Notes: generated by a model from the letters alone, not told the origin. DNA of 64,000 bases from Mayamaea pseudoterrestris (GCA_027923505.1 BROI01000012.1:496001-560000); one strand, 5' to 3'; shown: positions 44,197-55,960, counted from the first letter of the stretch. A program made the numbers and translations.

Positions 44197-47100
44197 TTAG
44201 ACCGTCGACTGGTCCAGATGAGGTTTTCGTCCCTCAGGCAATTCATCATCATCGCCATAACCATCGTGTTTTCGCTTCGAAGAGCTGCTACCAGACAGAT
44301 TGCTGTCATATATTTGCTGCTCGTCTCTCCAACCATCCGACAGATCAACATCCGAAAAGTTAAATACAGCCTGCGAAACGACAGGAACTGACTCAGATCC
44401 AGCTCGAATTCCTTCACTAGAATCCTTTAGACCAAGTCCTTTCGCCGCAAGTGCATAGTACTTGCGCTGAATTGAAGATATTGTCGAGGACTCATTCATA
44501 TTATCAAGTTTCGCCTTCAACGACGAAGGAAAATTCTGACAATTCGAGAGGTGAGCGCGCTGAAACTCTCGGACTGCTTCATAAATTCCGTGAATCGAAT
44601 ACGGAAAAGTCACAGCATTGCCCCTCGCGCCTGTTCCATGCAGAGCGGTTGAGCAGTGTTTGCATCGTAGACCAACCTGTCCCTCTACTATGGGAAACTT
44701 TGTGTCATCGGCTGCGGCGCGAACATCGTCCCAAGTGGCACAAAATACTTCTAACTGTCGACGAATCAAGCAATCTTGCGGCGATAAGAACTCAGGGTCC
44801 TCCGCAATCGCAAGCAGTACTCGCGAGGACGGCGACAGTTGCACGTTATCGGCATGCAAAACCGATTCAGCTAGCACCTTGGCCGCTTCTTTTGTTGGTC
44901 GTTGCATCAAATACGGACTATCTTCGCCTGTCGACGTTCCAGATGTGGTGCCTGACGGAGAGGTCTGCTTCGTGTCCTCTGCTGGTGAAACTTGATGACC
45001 AGAAACCCCACCGGACAGCCGAGGACTGCCGTCATCCGTCGGAGTGCTAGGCGGGTCAGCGTCATGGATCCGTTTCCATACTCGTCGAAAAAATACCTTT
45101 TGTGACCCGCGAGGCAGGCGCGACATTTGATCCTGGTGTATCTCTTTCAATGTCGTCAAGGCATCCTTGATCTCGTCCGGGCACTCCTTACATTTCAATA
45201 TATGTGTAGGAATCTCGGCAAAACTGTTCGACAAGCGATCAACCCCACTCCAATAAAACTTCCTAGATTTTGATGTCTCCGCGCAGTGAATGCACTGCAA
45301 GCCACCAAACCCCAATAAGATATTCTCACGTTTGCCGCCCCGTGTCTTGCGATCGCCTTCGGAAAATCGAACCACTTGCAATTGTTTCATGAGATAGTAC
45401 AAGTAGTCCGTCAAGAGTAGTTTGTCTTCAAAGCGCACCAAATTCTGTTCATCGGGTGTATGAGCAAAAACATCTTGCTCCGCTAAAAATGCAATCGCCT
45501 TGCGACCCGAAGGTCCCATCTTGGCGGGTGATGCTGGACGAGCGGGCGGCAATCGTTGCGTTAAGGCTTCCTGCGTATAATTTGCCCCCGCATCTTGATG
45601 ATGCATACCACCCGCCGGCATGGCTCCGTCATAAGCATTCGCGTAAGCAGCGGTGTTGGGAGTCAAAGGGCTGATTTCTGGATTCACTCGAGCTTGTCCA
45701 AAGCCAGCAGCTGCAGTCGCCGGCGAATATGTTGCGACATCTGGAGGCGGTCCGTGCCCATAGGTATAAGGCGAATGCGGCTCGGCTATTGTCCCCAAAG
45801 ACTGTTGCTGCTGGTAGTATTCTGCCATTTGCTGTTGCTGCTCCAAGTAGGCTCGACACACGGACAAGTGAGCATCAATAAAATCTCCAGGTGGAGGTGT
45901 TCGCTCAGGCATTGACCACCGAAAATTGACGTCCCGATACTGCGGATGAACATGGCTACAATACTTGCAAAGCCAGTCACCCTCGTATGGATCTTGGAAA
46001 AATGGGAAGTCTGCCGGCAGCTCATATGGCGCTGGACCTGAAGCGGCCGCGGCAGCAACTACTTGCTGATGGTACAATACCGCAGCCGTGACATTAGATT
46101 GATGCGGATCCACAGTCGCAGCTGTGGCGTGACGCATCGCCAATGCTGTCGGAGAAAGGTAGGATGGCGGAGCAAATGGTAGCTGCATACTTTGAGGAGC
46201 GAGGGCTGGCGACCGTATAACCGAAGGTGGCGCACTATAGGTCGGTTGTCCTGTCGCCGCCGCAGCTGCTGCCGCGGCCAACGTCAGGGATCCGTCAGCC
46301 GGATATTGATGACCTGCACTAGCAACCGTCGCTATTGCTTCACATTGCGGCGGCGACGCTCGATGGTGTGCTGAGTCTGCTGCAGCATGATGTTGCGGAG
46401 AAGCACTATGTGACGCAGCTGCCTCCGCAGTTTCCGCAAAGCAAATTCCAGAATTCTCGGGATACCGATTCACAATACCCAATTGAAAGCATCGCTGCTT
46501 GAGATATTCGACCAAGATTTCCCGTTGCCTTGCCTCCACTTCCTCATCGTGCTTTTGCCAGGCACTCGCTCCTCCAGTTTCAGCCGAAACAGCTCGCTGC
46601 TGTCGCATTCGTACAGCCTCTTGGATAGTCCGTCGCTCACTACTTGGCAATAGTTCACATGACTGCAAATGTCGATCCGCCATGCTGTACACGGCATCAA
46701 TTACAGAGGCAATGCTTCGAGGCATAGATAGTTCACTATCAGAGAGTCTCGCTCCCAAGCTAGCGCACCGCCGGCAAATCAAGCCAACGCGTGATGCACC
46801 ATGCTCCTCGCTGCTCTTGAGTGCATCATCGTGAGCTTCCGCTTCATCGACTGAAAGCTCGAAGAGCTGTAAATTTTGACAGGAGAGTGCATCCGACGAC
46901 TCAAGAAAATGTTGCTGCTGACTCGCGTCCTTTGCGTCAAGCAAAAGGTATCGACGAGAATCACTTGCTTCCATAGTTGCGGCTTCCAAAGTCGTTGAGA
47001 TATATTCCTGTTGATTAGATTGCAATGGAGGAGGAGAACGCCGAGGAGACTTTACTGCTTGTTGCGATTCCATGGACGACGCATGTTGCGGAGACGGCTG

Positions 47101-47346
47101 CCGTGCCGCGGCATGCAAATAGGAATGATCCTGGTGACTACCGGTAGCGGCAGTCTCATAATGATACCCAGGTTGCGACATTTGCTGATCCAATGGCTGC
47201 TGCACTTGCTGTTCCAATGACTTTCGCTGCGGCTGCCTCGACAATGTTTGTCGACACAAACCTTCATGATACTCCGCCTCCTCAGGTCGATCAAAGGGAG
47301 CATTGCAAAAGTCGCAAACCCAGAATCCTCTCATTTGCTGCGGCAT
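44197..47346 (-). CDS. Uncharacterised protein with three repeated GLxCxxC...H..C domains and extra Cys/His fingers
   Basis: ORF of over 1000 aa (ATG 47346); VGLICRRC..HLQSC, GGLQCIHC..HILKC, VGLRCKHC..HLSNC; Gln/Pro/Ala-rich linkers. Confidence 0.8.
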   Translation of the reverse strand: MPQQMRGFWVCDFCNAPFDRPEEAEYHEGLCRQTLSRQPQRKSLEQQVQQPLDQQMSQPGYHYETAATGSHQDHSYLHAAARQPSPQHASSMESQQAVKSPRRSPPPLQSNQQEYISTTLEAATMEASDSRRYLLLDAKDASQQQHFLESSDALSCQNLQLFELSVDEAEAHDDALKSSEEHGASRVGLICRRCASLGARLSDSELSMPRSIASVIDAVYSMADRHLQSCELLPSSERRTIQEAVRMRQQRAVSAETGGASAWQKHDEEVEARQREILVEYLKQRCFQLGIVNRYPENSGICFAETAEAAASHSASPQHHAAADSAHHRASPPQCEAIATVASAGHQYPADGSLTLAAAAAAAATGQPTYSAPPSVIRSPALAPQSMQLPFAPPSYLSPTALAMRHATAATVDPHQSNVTAAVLYHQQVVAAAAASGPAPYELPADFPFFQDPYEGDWLCKYCSHVHPQYRDVNFRWSMPERTPPPGDFIDAHLSVCRAYLEQQQQMAEYYQQQQSLGTIAEPHSPYTYGHGPPPDVATYSPATAAAGFGQARVNPEISPLTPNTAAYANAYDGAMPAGGMHHQDAGANYTQEALTQRLPPARPASPAKMGPSGRKAIAFLAEQDVFAHTPDEQNLVRFEDKLLLTDYLYYLMKQLQVVRFSEGDRKTRGGKRENILLGFGGLQCIHCAETSKSRKFYWSGVDRLSNSFAEIPTHILKCKECPDEIKDALTTLKEIHQDQMSRLPRGSQKVFFRRVWKRIHDADPPSTPTDDGSPRLSGGVSGHQVSPAEDTKQTSPSGTTSGTSTGEDSPYLMQRPTKEAAKVLAESVLHADNVQLSPSSRVLLAIAEDPEFLSPQDCLIRRQLEVFCATWDDVRAAADDTKFPIVEGQVGLRCKHCSTALHGTGARGNAVTFPYSIHGIYEAVREFQRAHLSNCQNFPSSLKAKLDNMNESSTISSIQRKYYALAAKGLGLKDSSEGIRAGSESVPVVSQAVFNFSDVDLSDGWRDEQQIYDSNLSGSSSSKRKHDGYGDDDELPEGRKPHLDQSTV

Positions 47347-48115
47347 TCTGACCCCGGCAGCATGGACGACTTTAATATGTGTATTCGTCAGTTTAAATGT
47401 GTACCTTTTTGCGTGCGCGTCTAGAGGTTCCAATAGCGACTGCAAAATCTGTAGTTTGCAGGCTTGTTCGCTTTATGAAATCAAACTAAGCAGTCCTCGA
47501 AAACACCTCGTCCTTTCTGCCAACGACTACTGATCGTGCCTCTTGACGCTTCTTTCAAATAAGTTTTCGAGCAGCAGCGTGGACGGAGCGAAATGGTGGG
47601 TCGTCGTCGTGTCTGATGGGTTTGCTTACGAATCGCAGTCGCCAGCCTTCGTCTCCCTTCTCACTCCTTCGAAAAACCACGCGCGGCATGATTGACTGGC
47701 GCGCTACGACGGTTATAAATTAGTCGTGCGTAATAAAAGGCATAATCGGAGTAATCAAGTCGTGAACCGGCTCGCTTGATAGAAGTGTCTGAATCACGCC
47801 GACCTTTCCTTTGATGCGTGACAAGCGTCACGCTGATTTGAATGAGCTAAATGTTTGACATATTCAATGAATTAAAATCCTAGAACTGGAGCATGATTGC
47901 AAGAATTGGCATGATGCAAGCATGACGATGCCAGAAATGGCTGATTAATCGCCTGGCAAGCTGTAGCAAGCAATGCAACAACACAAACACCTACCGGTAC
48001 AGGACCGAGAGCGCATGGATGGATCGCCATCAACTCTCGTCAAAGGTATATTTACTACCGATATGTGATTATTAACATCATACGCCTCTAATACATAGCA
48101 GCTTTTTGACAATCA

Positions 48116-48955
48116 TCACTGAGCAATTCCCAGCGGCAAGGACGATCCGGTGGCTGCCGGCGAATCATCCTTCACCAGCTGGCCCTTGACTCCCCTGGCG
48201 ACGAAACTGAAGCTTTGACCAGGCCTCCAGCCGGCATCTATAGCTTCCTTCATAGTTTCGAAAGCACGCCATTCCGGTACAGGTAATGTCTCGACTTGAA
48301 TTTCCTCATTCGCCAAATTGGCGTCGACAAGTTCTGCTTGTTTCTTCCGTTTCGACACCTTCTTCTTCTTTACTTGCTTTGTCGCTGGAGGAATGGAAAA
48401 GGACTCCAGTACCATGTCTTGTCTACAACTTTCAAAAGGCCTTACATTTTGTTGTTGCAAGGCTTCCAAGACTGTCTCGCGAGCGCATTCATCCATAGCA
48501 AAAGCTCGATAGGTTGGCTCCAAATGAGGTGGAATCGTTCCTGGCTTAAAGCCTTGGAAGCTCTGTCTTTTGCCATCTTTTAAAACTTTCTTGTAAACAG
48601 CTTCACTGAATCGACCAAGGTCGGCTTCAACGCCGTCAATTGTCACCACCCAGTCGACCATTGAGCCCTCGACGAGTTGGAGCGAGCACCCTCGCATCTT
48701 GCCGTCAACGGCGTTTGATGCCACATTGCCGTCCCAATTTTCATTCCCGTTATCGCTAGTACTATCTTTGCTGTTTTCGTTGTCACTTTTGGTGCTCAAA
48801 TGTTTCAAGGATATAGTGATTGGCTGCTGTCGATGACGCCCCAAGTGCTGATGCTGCTGCGTTGACGGATGGAGAAGCGATGACGAGCATGCCACGAAAC
48901 ATTCGGCGCCAGCCATCAAAAGGCAGTATAGTAGGTTACCAAATCGGATCTTCAT
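48116..48955 (-). CDS. Plastid-targeted protein with trigger-factor ribosome-binding-like domain
   Basis: Signal peptide MKIRFGNLLYCLLMAGAECF; GFKPGTIP resembles the trigger factor signature GFRxGxxP; no PPIase domain seen. Confidence 0.62.
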   Translation of the reverse strand: MKIRFGNLLYCLLMAGAECFVACSSSLLHPSTQQHQHLGRHRQQPITISLKHLSTKSDNENSKDSTSDNGNENWDGNVASNAVDGKMRGCSLQLVEGSMVDWVVTIDGVEADLGRFSEAVYKKVLKDGKRQSFQGFKPGTIPPHLEPTYRAFAMDECARETVLEALQQQNVRPFESCRQDMVLESFSIPPATKQVKKKKVSKRKKQAELVDANLANEEIQVETLPVPEWRAFETMKEAIDAGWRPGQSFSFVARGVKGQLVKDDSPAATGSSLPLGIAQ

Positions 48956-49899
48956 TATCAGGGCGAGATGAAGGTCATTGAACAGACGCTTCAATTGGTC
49001 GATACGAGGTGGCTGCAGGTGCAACGTGGGAGAGACGGAATTCCCGTATGTCGTAACGTTATCTCTCTCTTCATGACCCAGACTCTGGCCAGGCACGCAA
49101 CTGGGCGATGTCGCTAGACACAGGCTCCAGCCTCTCTCCAACAAAGGAAAGCATGCGATGCTGATGTTTTTCAAAATCTGTTTCATAAACGAAGAGATGA
49201 TTCGTCTACCAAGACTTGATCTGGAGGATGAGCTTTAATGCATAAAGCACGAAACAGAATTTCTGTGGAATGCCCTAGAACTGCTTTAGCTACGTCAATT
49301 CCAAGCTTGCATCAGGTTACCAAGTACACTATTTACTACTGCACTCGTGTGACGCTCGCTTGCTGCGTTAAAAACCCAAAGATCACACACAGAGTCATGT
49401 CCATGACCAACAGACACAAGCATGGTGTCGACAACTTTGTGATGCTGTACAAGGTGGAATGCCTGACTGGTGCCTCATGGCATTGCATTGTAATTGGAGA
49501 GAAATCTACTTCAAACCCAGCTGGTAGGAGCCTCGACTTTCTGGAGTCCATTAGTGGTACAAGTAGTAGCTCAACTTGTGACGTAACGTGACAGTTGCGG
49601 ATCGCTTCGCTTTGAGGCCTGCGATGGAGTGCACGGTTGTTCTTCGGGTTTACTCGGAGATTACATGAATGTTCCTTACGAACTTTGATTCTCATTCAAG
49701 ATATCCTGACTGGGAGGCGACGTACTGGGCAATAGCGCTTGCAATTGTTGAAGGCATCAATGATGCATCAGGGTCATTTCGGTATTCTTTCGAAGGATGA
49801 CGATGACGTACAACTATCCTGGCGCATGGATTGGCTCACAAACTCAATTTCGCCGCTCAGCATCAAGTTAAACTATCCAGAAAACATCAAATTTTTAAC

Positions 49900-50631
49900 A
49901 TGGATCAAACAAGAGCCGCCATTGCCCTAAATAATACTGGAGTCAGTCTCTTGAATCGCCGCTGCTACGTACAAGCTATGGATACGCTCCGCGATGCGCT
50001 TTATCTACTTAAGATTGGTCTCGACACAGGCGAAAGGTCCGACACTACCAAGCCCACAAACCATAACCAGAACATAAATCAAAAGCTCCACAAATCGACG
50101 CGCTGCCTCTTGCACCCAGAGCCGCAGCAGGGGTCGATCCGCTTAGAAATAGTGAGCTCCGAGAATTTGTCAGACCAGGCGTCGAGTGCAATCACACGCG
50201 GCCCAAGCTCCAGGGAGGCCGTTGCCATCCGCATCGATACCTGCGATCAAGGTATTCTTGCAGACAATGCGACAGTCGAAACTACTATAATTCTCCATAA
50301 CTTTGCTGTTTCGCACCTTTGCCTTGCATCTGCTCCGACCTTGGCCCGCCCATGCCATCTCAACGGAGCTATGACTCTCTTCGCCGCGTCCTACAATGTC
50401 GTGCAGATGTATAACGAAACGCGAACGAACGAAGATCTTCCTGCTTACAACTTACTGAGCCTTGAAGCGCTCATTCTCAGCAACTTGGTAGCAGTTTTGG
50501 TCGACGTGAAGGAAGCAGAGCGAGCCAAATCCATGTACGTTCAGTTTGTGTACCTAAGGGATGCCATGCGTCAGTTGGAGTCATTGGAAGTCTGTTTTTA
50601 CCACGGACAACACGGAGCAGCAGCCGCGTAA
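49900..50631 (+). CDS. Hypothetical TPR-like helical protein
   Basis: AAIALNNTGVSLL..AMDTLRDAL, IILHNFAVSH and ILSNL helical motifs; ends GAAAA; ATG at 49900. Confidence 0.68.
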   Translation: MDQTRAAIALNNTGVSLLNRRCYVQAMDTLRDALYLLKIGLDTGERSDTTKPTNHNQNINQKLHKSTRCLLHPEPQQGSIRLEIVSSENLSDQASSAITRGPSSREAVAIRIDTCDQGILADNATVETTIILHNFAVSHLCLASAPTLARPCHLNGAMTLFAASYNVVQMYNETRTNEDLPAYNLLSLEALILSNLVAVLVDVKEAERAKSMYVQFVYLRDAMRQLESLEVCFYHGQHGAAAA

Positions 50632-51380
50632 ATGGAAGAAGCGATGACCTATCTTTTCCGTATGTATACATAATACTTAGTTTTTACCAGAAAGACAACC
50701 TGTACATAATCTGTCACTTTACAGTTCCTACATGTTTATCCCTCATCACATGGAGATTGTCGTGCAAGACCGCGGATATATATATCAAAACTCGTCGGTC
50801 TGTAATGACACTAGGATTGGCCCGACGAATCTTTTGGCCATTGTGAGTTGCATTATCTCATGAACGCAAGACCAAGACACGCGTGCATACTTCTGGTGAC
50901 ATTACAACCCAGACCGGCGTTTTTCACTGGTGCGTCGCTTGCTTCAACAACGGGAAGGCTGTGTCTGGCTTCGCATTTGGAATTGGAACAGATATGTTGG
51001 TTTCATAATGACGCCCAACACGTAAGGCGGTCGTGCTTCAAGTGATGGTGCGACAAGCAGTTTTTGTGGCATGCATTTCACCAGACGAGAGACGAGAAAG
51101 CATCAGAGCTTTCCCAGTTGGAGACGCAAGCATGTTCTACTCTTATTTTACCAGACACAATACGAGTTCAACGACAATGTGAAGCTTTTGAGTATGCTGT
51201 TCGAAATGGAATCTTATGGTCGCAACTAGGCAGTGTGAGGTGTGAGGTACGTTACGAATGGCACTCGACACTTGATGCTTTTTGTTCGATGCGGACCGGT
51301 TTTATTCATTGTTTTTGGCGAGCCAAGTCGTCGAAAACCACCATGAGGACAATATTTTTCGCTCACTCATATGCGCGACT

Positions 51381-54062
51381 ATGAAGTCTTTTCTGTTTCA
51401 ATCCGACAACTTGGGGTCGCTAAAGCAATCCCAACGACAGTCGACATCGGAGAAGAAGGACGCAGACGATGAAGATGCTCAAGTTCGTCGGAATCGCTGC
51501 TACTTAACAATCATTCGCTATGTGATTTCCTATCCGCGCTGGTCCTTTTCATTATTCCTGATACTAGCCCATATGACGCTTCCGCAGCTGCCATCGCCCA
51601 TGGAGGGAATGCAGCAGCCTTGGGAGGCCTTGACGCATTTGGTGCGGCTCGAGTCGCAGGCGTACGCAGATTGCGTCGACACTGCATTTAAAACGACTCA
51701 ACCTCGGCTTTTGAATCAGACTTTGCAAAAGGAAATGAAGAGACTGCATAATTTGCAACAAACAAATCGTCAGATAGTAAGAAAGGCACACGACATGGCC
51801 TTTTCATGCTCCAACTCGACTCGTGCGGCTCAACGAATGCTGGTCTTGTCGGCCTCCTTTCTGCGAATCGTCAATGACACGAATACTTGCTCGACACAGG
51901 ATCGAATGATTTTGAATTCTTTTTTAAAACAAGACGAAAGCTTCCAAGCTTCTGAATCACGTCAAGTGGCATCATCCGCCTGGGACGAGTATTTGCAGTC
52001 GACGCAAGAAACAATGATGCGAATCACCAACTATGCTCACGCACGATCCGAGTACGACTACAACTACTTTATTGGGATCCAAGCGCGTCTGAAAAAGCTA
52101 GTGGCCTTTCAAATACCAAATATTGACGTCTCGCTGCAAGAGCTGGGCGTTCTCGACGATTTGCGTAAGCTACTCCAATCCATGGTGGTTGCACTACGCG
52201 ACGCTCAAGTCCGCATTGAGTTCCTGCATGGACGACTTGAGCTTTTTTACACCAGCATATCCAATCTGCATTTGCACTACAAGGACGTATTTGGTCGTTT
52301 TCAGCTGGCATCGCAATTTACTCGCGACTTCTTGCCCAAGGGCATTGCGCTGCCAGATTTTTTCGACATGGACAACGTTCCAACGCCCGATTTGTTGCTG
52401 CCGGTGCCATTCGAGGTGCCCACCTTTGCACTGCCACTGCCGGATGTTGACATGTTGATTGCTCAATATTTGAACGAAGCTGCCGCGTTAATGGCCCGTG
52501 TCATAGCGGATTTAGTAGATTCGGTGACGGACGATATTCGCATCGCTTTTACGGATTTACTAGACGAGCTCCAAGATTTGCTTTCGCTTGATGATTACCA
52601 TCCACCAAAGTATGCGGACTCGGGAAAGAATATTGTCAACCCAGAAGATGAAGCGAAGCACCTTGAAGAGCTCGGTCAAACGTTGAAGGAGAAGGGACTC
52701 GCTGCATTCACTCGCAACTGGCAGATTGTAGATAATCAACCGATCCCTGAGCTACCGACGAATAGTGACCACATTCCTCCCACCATGGAGCGAAACCAAA
52801 CTACCTTTGAATATCTTGAGCCTCAGTTTCCGATCATTTCGTTTCCCGCATTCATTAAGGGTTTCGTAATGTTCGCATTTGCACATAGTGGCATTGTTGA
52901 TATGGTTCTTCAGTTCATTCGCTTGAAGCGCCTCAAGGACCGCCATGAGCGCAATGCGCAGCCTGATTTACCAGAGATCGACTACGTTGATGAGGAAGAG
53001 AGTGATGAGAAGGAAGAAGGAGGCGACGAGGCAAGTCCGGCTGTAATTCAATCCAAGTCGAATGTCCTTCGATTGTTCGTTACACCATGGATGGCCTTGG
53101 GGCTAATTTTGATTCCACTTGCTGGCATGTTTCTCGGCTTGTACCTTCCCCACGTTTACAGCAATTGTGTTCAAACTGAAAAGGGGACATACTTAGCTCG
53201 GTTTCTCATTGCACCGGTACAGATCAATAATGCAAATTTGCTGGGAAATTCCATTTACACATCTGGGGCGGTGAGGTGCGCGAACCGTCAACATCGACTC
53301 GGCAACCGACTTTACGCGCAGTCAGATCTAGTGTATCGCCAAGATGCAGCCAATCTGCAGTCGGCTATAAACCAGTGGAGCAAACCTAAAGAAAATAATG
53401 GGGCTTTGAGGCGGTGCGTCGACACAACGCTCATGGACGAAGTTGTTACGTCGAGTTGCTGCGGCTTGGATGGATATGGTGGACGCTGCTCATTCAACCA
53501 AAGCAAAAACCTTTGCCCCATTGACAACTCGACACTGCCTGCAGCAGCTTTTCGTCCGTTAGGAGAGTATCTCGACAATGGAGCGTGTCGTCAAATTATG
53601 GTGATTGGATTAGAGGATGCATATTTCGACAATAGCGTGCTATACGAAATTTGCGACATTGTTCCATGCCGAGGAGCCGACTCAGGACTTATCCATTTCT
53701 TCACAATTCAAGCTGTTTGTCAAATAGAAGTTTACATTATGGGTTGCTGCTTTTGGGTTCTTGTTGCCGTCTATCACATGCTCATGATTGGAACAGCATG
53801 CGCACAAATCTTGAGTGGTGTGATTTGCGTCCGGTGGCGATCCATCCGACCGGATGGAATTAAACTCAGAACTCAAGTTAGGGAGAATGGCGAGTTGGTG
53901 AAGGGTTTTGAACAGGAGGAGCGCCATTCGCGCGTTGCTTCCGCTGTGCGCGCCTACGAACGAGTTGGCTGGATCCGCATTCTCTTGGGAAGCGTGCTGT
54001 TGCTCGTTTGGTTCATTTCCTTCTTCGTCTTGCGCCACGTTCTTTCCAAAATTGTTCGCTAA
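51381..54062 (+). CDS. Uncharacterised multi-pass (about 5 TM) membrane glycoprotein
   Basis: ORF of ~890 aa from ATG 51381; about five hydrophobic segments, two large loops with N-x-S/T sites, the second loop Cys-rich. Confidence 0.75.
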   Translation: MKSFLFQSDNLGSLKQSQRQSTSEKKDADDEDAQVRRNRCYLTIIRYVISYPRWSFSLFLILAHMTLPQLPSPMEGMQQPWEALTHLVRLESQAYADCVDTAFKTTQPRLLNQTLQKEMKRLHNLQQTNRQIVRKAHDMAFSCSNSTRAAQRMLVLSASFLRIVNDTNTCSTQDRMILNSFLKQDESFQASESRQVASSAWDEYLQSTQETMMRITNYAHARSEYDYNYFIGIQARLKKLVAFQIPNIDVSLQELGVLDDLRKLLQSMVVALRDAQVRIEFLHGRLELFYTSISNLHLHYKDVFGRFQLASQFTRDFLPKGIALPDFFDMDNVPTPDLLLPVPFEVPTFALPLPDVDMLIAQYLNEAAALMARVIADLVDSVTDDIRIAFTDLLDELQDLLSLDDYHPPKYADSGKNIVNPEDEAKHLEELGQTLKEKGLAAFTRNWQIVDNQPIPELPTNSDHIPPTMERNQTTFEYLEPQFPIISFPAFIKGFVMFAFAHSGIVDMVLQFIRLKRLKDRHERNAQPDLPEIDYVDEEESDEKEEGGDEASPAVIQSKSNVLRLFVTPWMALGLILIPLAGMFLGLYLPHVYSNCVQTEKGTYLARFLIAPVQINNANLLGNSIYTSGAVRCANRQHRLGNRLYAQSDLVYRQDAANLQSAINQWSKPKENNGALRRCVDTTLMDEVVTSSCCGLDGYGGRCSFNQSKNLCPIDNSTLPAAAFRPLGEYLDNGACRQIMVIGLEDAYFDNSVLYEICDIVPCRGADSGLIHFFTIQAVCQIEVYIMGCCFWVLVAVYHMLMIGTACAQILSGVICVRWRSIRPDGIKLRTQVRENGELVKGFEQEERHSRVASAVRAYERVGWIRILLGSVLLLVWFISFFVLRHVLSKIVR

Positions 54063-54155
54063 ATGTTGCTACTACAACAGTTTTATTGTACTCTCATCGA
54101 TTAAAGAAAGCAAATAATAATTCGTGTGATAGTTTATTAACTTACTTCCAGAATC

Positions 54156-55679
54156 TCACTTTACGACGCGACCTTCAACACTCACATTAGCACTCCGGTT
54201 ATTCTTGCTCACCGTCCTCGTCTTTTCTTGCATCTTCTTGTTCAATTTGTGGCGTGTGTCTGGCAACTGTCGCGTCGCTCCACCCTTTTCTGGTGTGGCC
54301 GCCTTTGCTTCTGGACGCACCGTGTACTGGAAGCCCTTGCTAAACGGAACACTCACGCGGGCCGCACTCGCCACCAGCGTTCCTCCCTTATTGCTTGCGT
54401 CGCCACGAATGATTGACTGCAAGTTGCGGTGCTTCGTGTCAGCCGCAGTCTTATGAGTCGCCTTTTGATCGCGCTCTTGCATCTTGGTGGCGTAGTGCTG
54501 CTGGCGCGAGAGTGCTGAAAGGCCTCGGTCGCCGCGAGCATTGACTCGCTCCAAATCGCGATGATTGGCCGACTTTTGAAAAATAGGCCGACTCCACTGC
54601 TCGATGAGTTTGCGTAAAATGCCATTTTTCATGGTTGCCGTCTCATCCTTGTGTTTGTACAAAACCATGACCGTCTTTCCGAGCTCACTGCTCTTTAAGT
54701 CGTTTCCATTGATGCCCGACTCACCCACCATGGTCGCCATGGCATCCAAGAGTCGCTGCCGCACCGTCAAGTTACCCAGCTGTCCATTCGGCAGCGGCTG
54801 AATCCAACGCTTGACCAAGACCAACAAATCCATATCAATAAGCATGCGCTGGATATCCTTGCGCGCCAGCATTGTATTAACTTCAGAAAGCATTGAGAGC
54901 TTGTGCGTGGCAGGCTTCTTGGCGGCGAAACAATCTTCATCATCCGCCGCAGCTTGTTCCATACGTCCCAAAAATAACTTGCATTCATCCTCCATTTCAG
55001 TAAACGTTTTTTTGGTCCGAGACTTCTTCTTCATGCGGTAGACTGCCGCCATGATTGGATTATCGGGCTCCTTGTTGGGGTCCACGTGAACGCGATCGGG
55101 ACGATCGTCATCGTCATGCGATCGCTTGCTTCCCTTCTTCTTGGAAGTCATTTGATGAGCCCACTCATCTCCAAAATGCTGCTCGGCGTATAGTTCAGCA
55201 ACAGCATCCGCATCTTCCCCCGTCGTGTCAAGAAAGTCATCGTCCTCTACCGTCCGTTCATACGTGGCGCTCTCGTACGAGTCTTCACTGTCGTAGCCGG
55301 ATGCGCCTGCTTGCTTCTTCTTTTGCAGCGAGCCACTCGATGTTGTCCTTCCACTGCCTTCAATTGTACCGCGCTTCCTCGCCGCAAGGGCCTGAAGTCG
55401 TTCCTTCTTCGAAAGCGCCTTTGGTTTGGAGTCTTCCGGTTCATCCTCGTCGCTACTGCTGTCAAATAATCCGCCATCACCCTCGTCGTCCGAGTCTTTC
55501 TTCTTGAGAGCCTTTTTCGTTGGCGTAGTCTTCTTTGGCTTTTGCAAAGGCTTTTTCTTAACAGCCGACGGTGGTCCCTTACTCAACCGGCCCTTGGTGG
55601 AAGATGACGCTGCCAAGAGCTCGGCCGTATCGTCCGAGTCTGATCCTCCAAACAAGTCGTCTTCGTCGTCGCTCGACAT
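54156..55679 (-). CDS. IWS1: Transcription elongation factor IWS1/Spn1
   Basis: Acidic N-terminus; KRWIQPLPNGQLGNL, LKSSELGKTVMVL and LIEQWSRPIF of the TFIIS-N-like domain. Confidence 0.88.
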   Translation of the reverse strand: MSSDDEDDLFGGSDSDDTAELLAASSSTKGRLSKGPPSAVKKKPLQKPKKTTPTKKALKKKDSDDEGDGGLFDSSSDEDEPEDSKPKALSKKERLQALAARKRGTIEGSGRTTSSGSLQKKKQAGASGYDSEDSYESATYERTVEDDDFLDTTGEDADAVAELYAEQHFGDEWAHQMTSKKKGSKRSHDDDDRPDRVHVDPNKEPDNPIMAAVYRMKKKSRTKKTFTEMEDECKLFLGRMEQAAADDEDCFAAKKPATHKLSMLSEVNTMLARKDIQRMLIDMDLLVLVKRWIQPLPNGQLGNLTVRQRLLDAMATMVGESGINGNDLKSSELGKTVMVLYKHKDETATMKNGILRKLIEQWSRPIFQKSANHRDLERVNARGDRGLSALSRQQHYATKMQERDQKATHKTAADTKHRNLQSIIRGDASNKGGTLVASAARVSVPFSKGFQYTVRPEAKAATPEKGGATRQLPDTRHKLNKKMQEKTRTVSKNNRSANVSVEGRVVK

Positions 55680-55960
55680 GCTTTTTGCTTAAAAATAAAA
55701 AATATTGTACGAACAGAAGAATTTAGCGAAAATAGCTGCTATTGGTGAAGCTAACAGACGGAGAATGAATCAGACGTCGGCGCTGCAATTATGAATAATC
55801 CTCATGGTGACCGCACGCTCGTTCCATTACCGGAAAGACTCAAGTTGAGCAGGAATGACGTCATCGCTTCACAACATCGCGCGGAAGATTCATGATCCGT
55901 CTTCACGCAAACCTTTCGTAACCTTTGCGTTGAAGCACACCGCGCGCGGGACCAGGCAAC

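Noticed and set aside
47816..47833. Short hairpin GCGTGAC-AAGC-GTCACGC
   Set aside because: A 7-bp stem is expected by chance in 64 kb; no supporting context.
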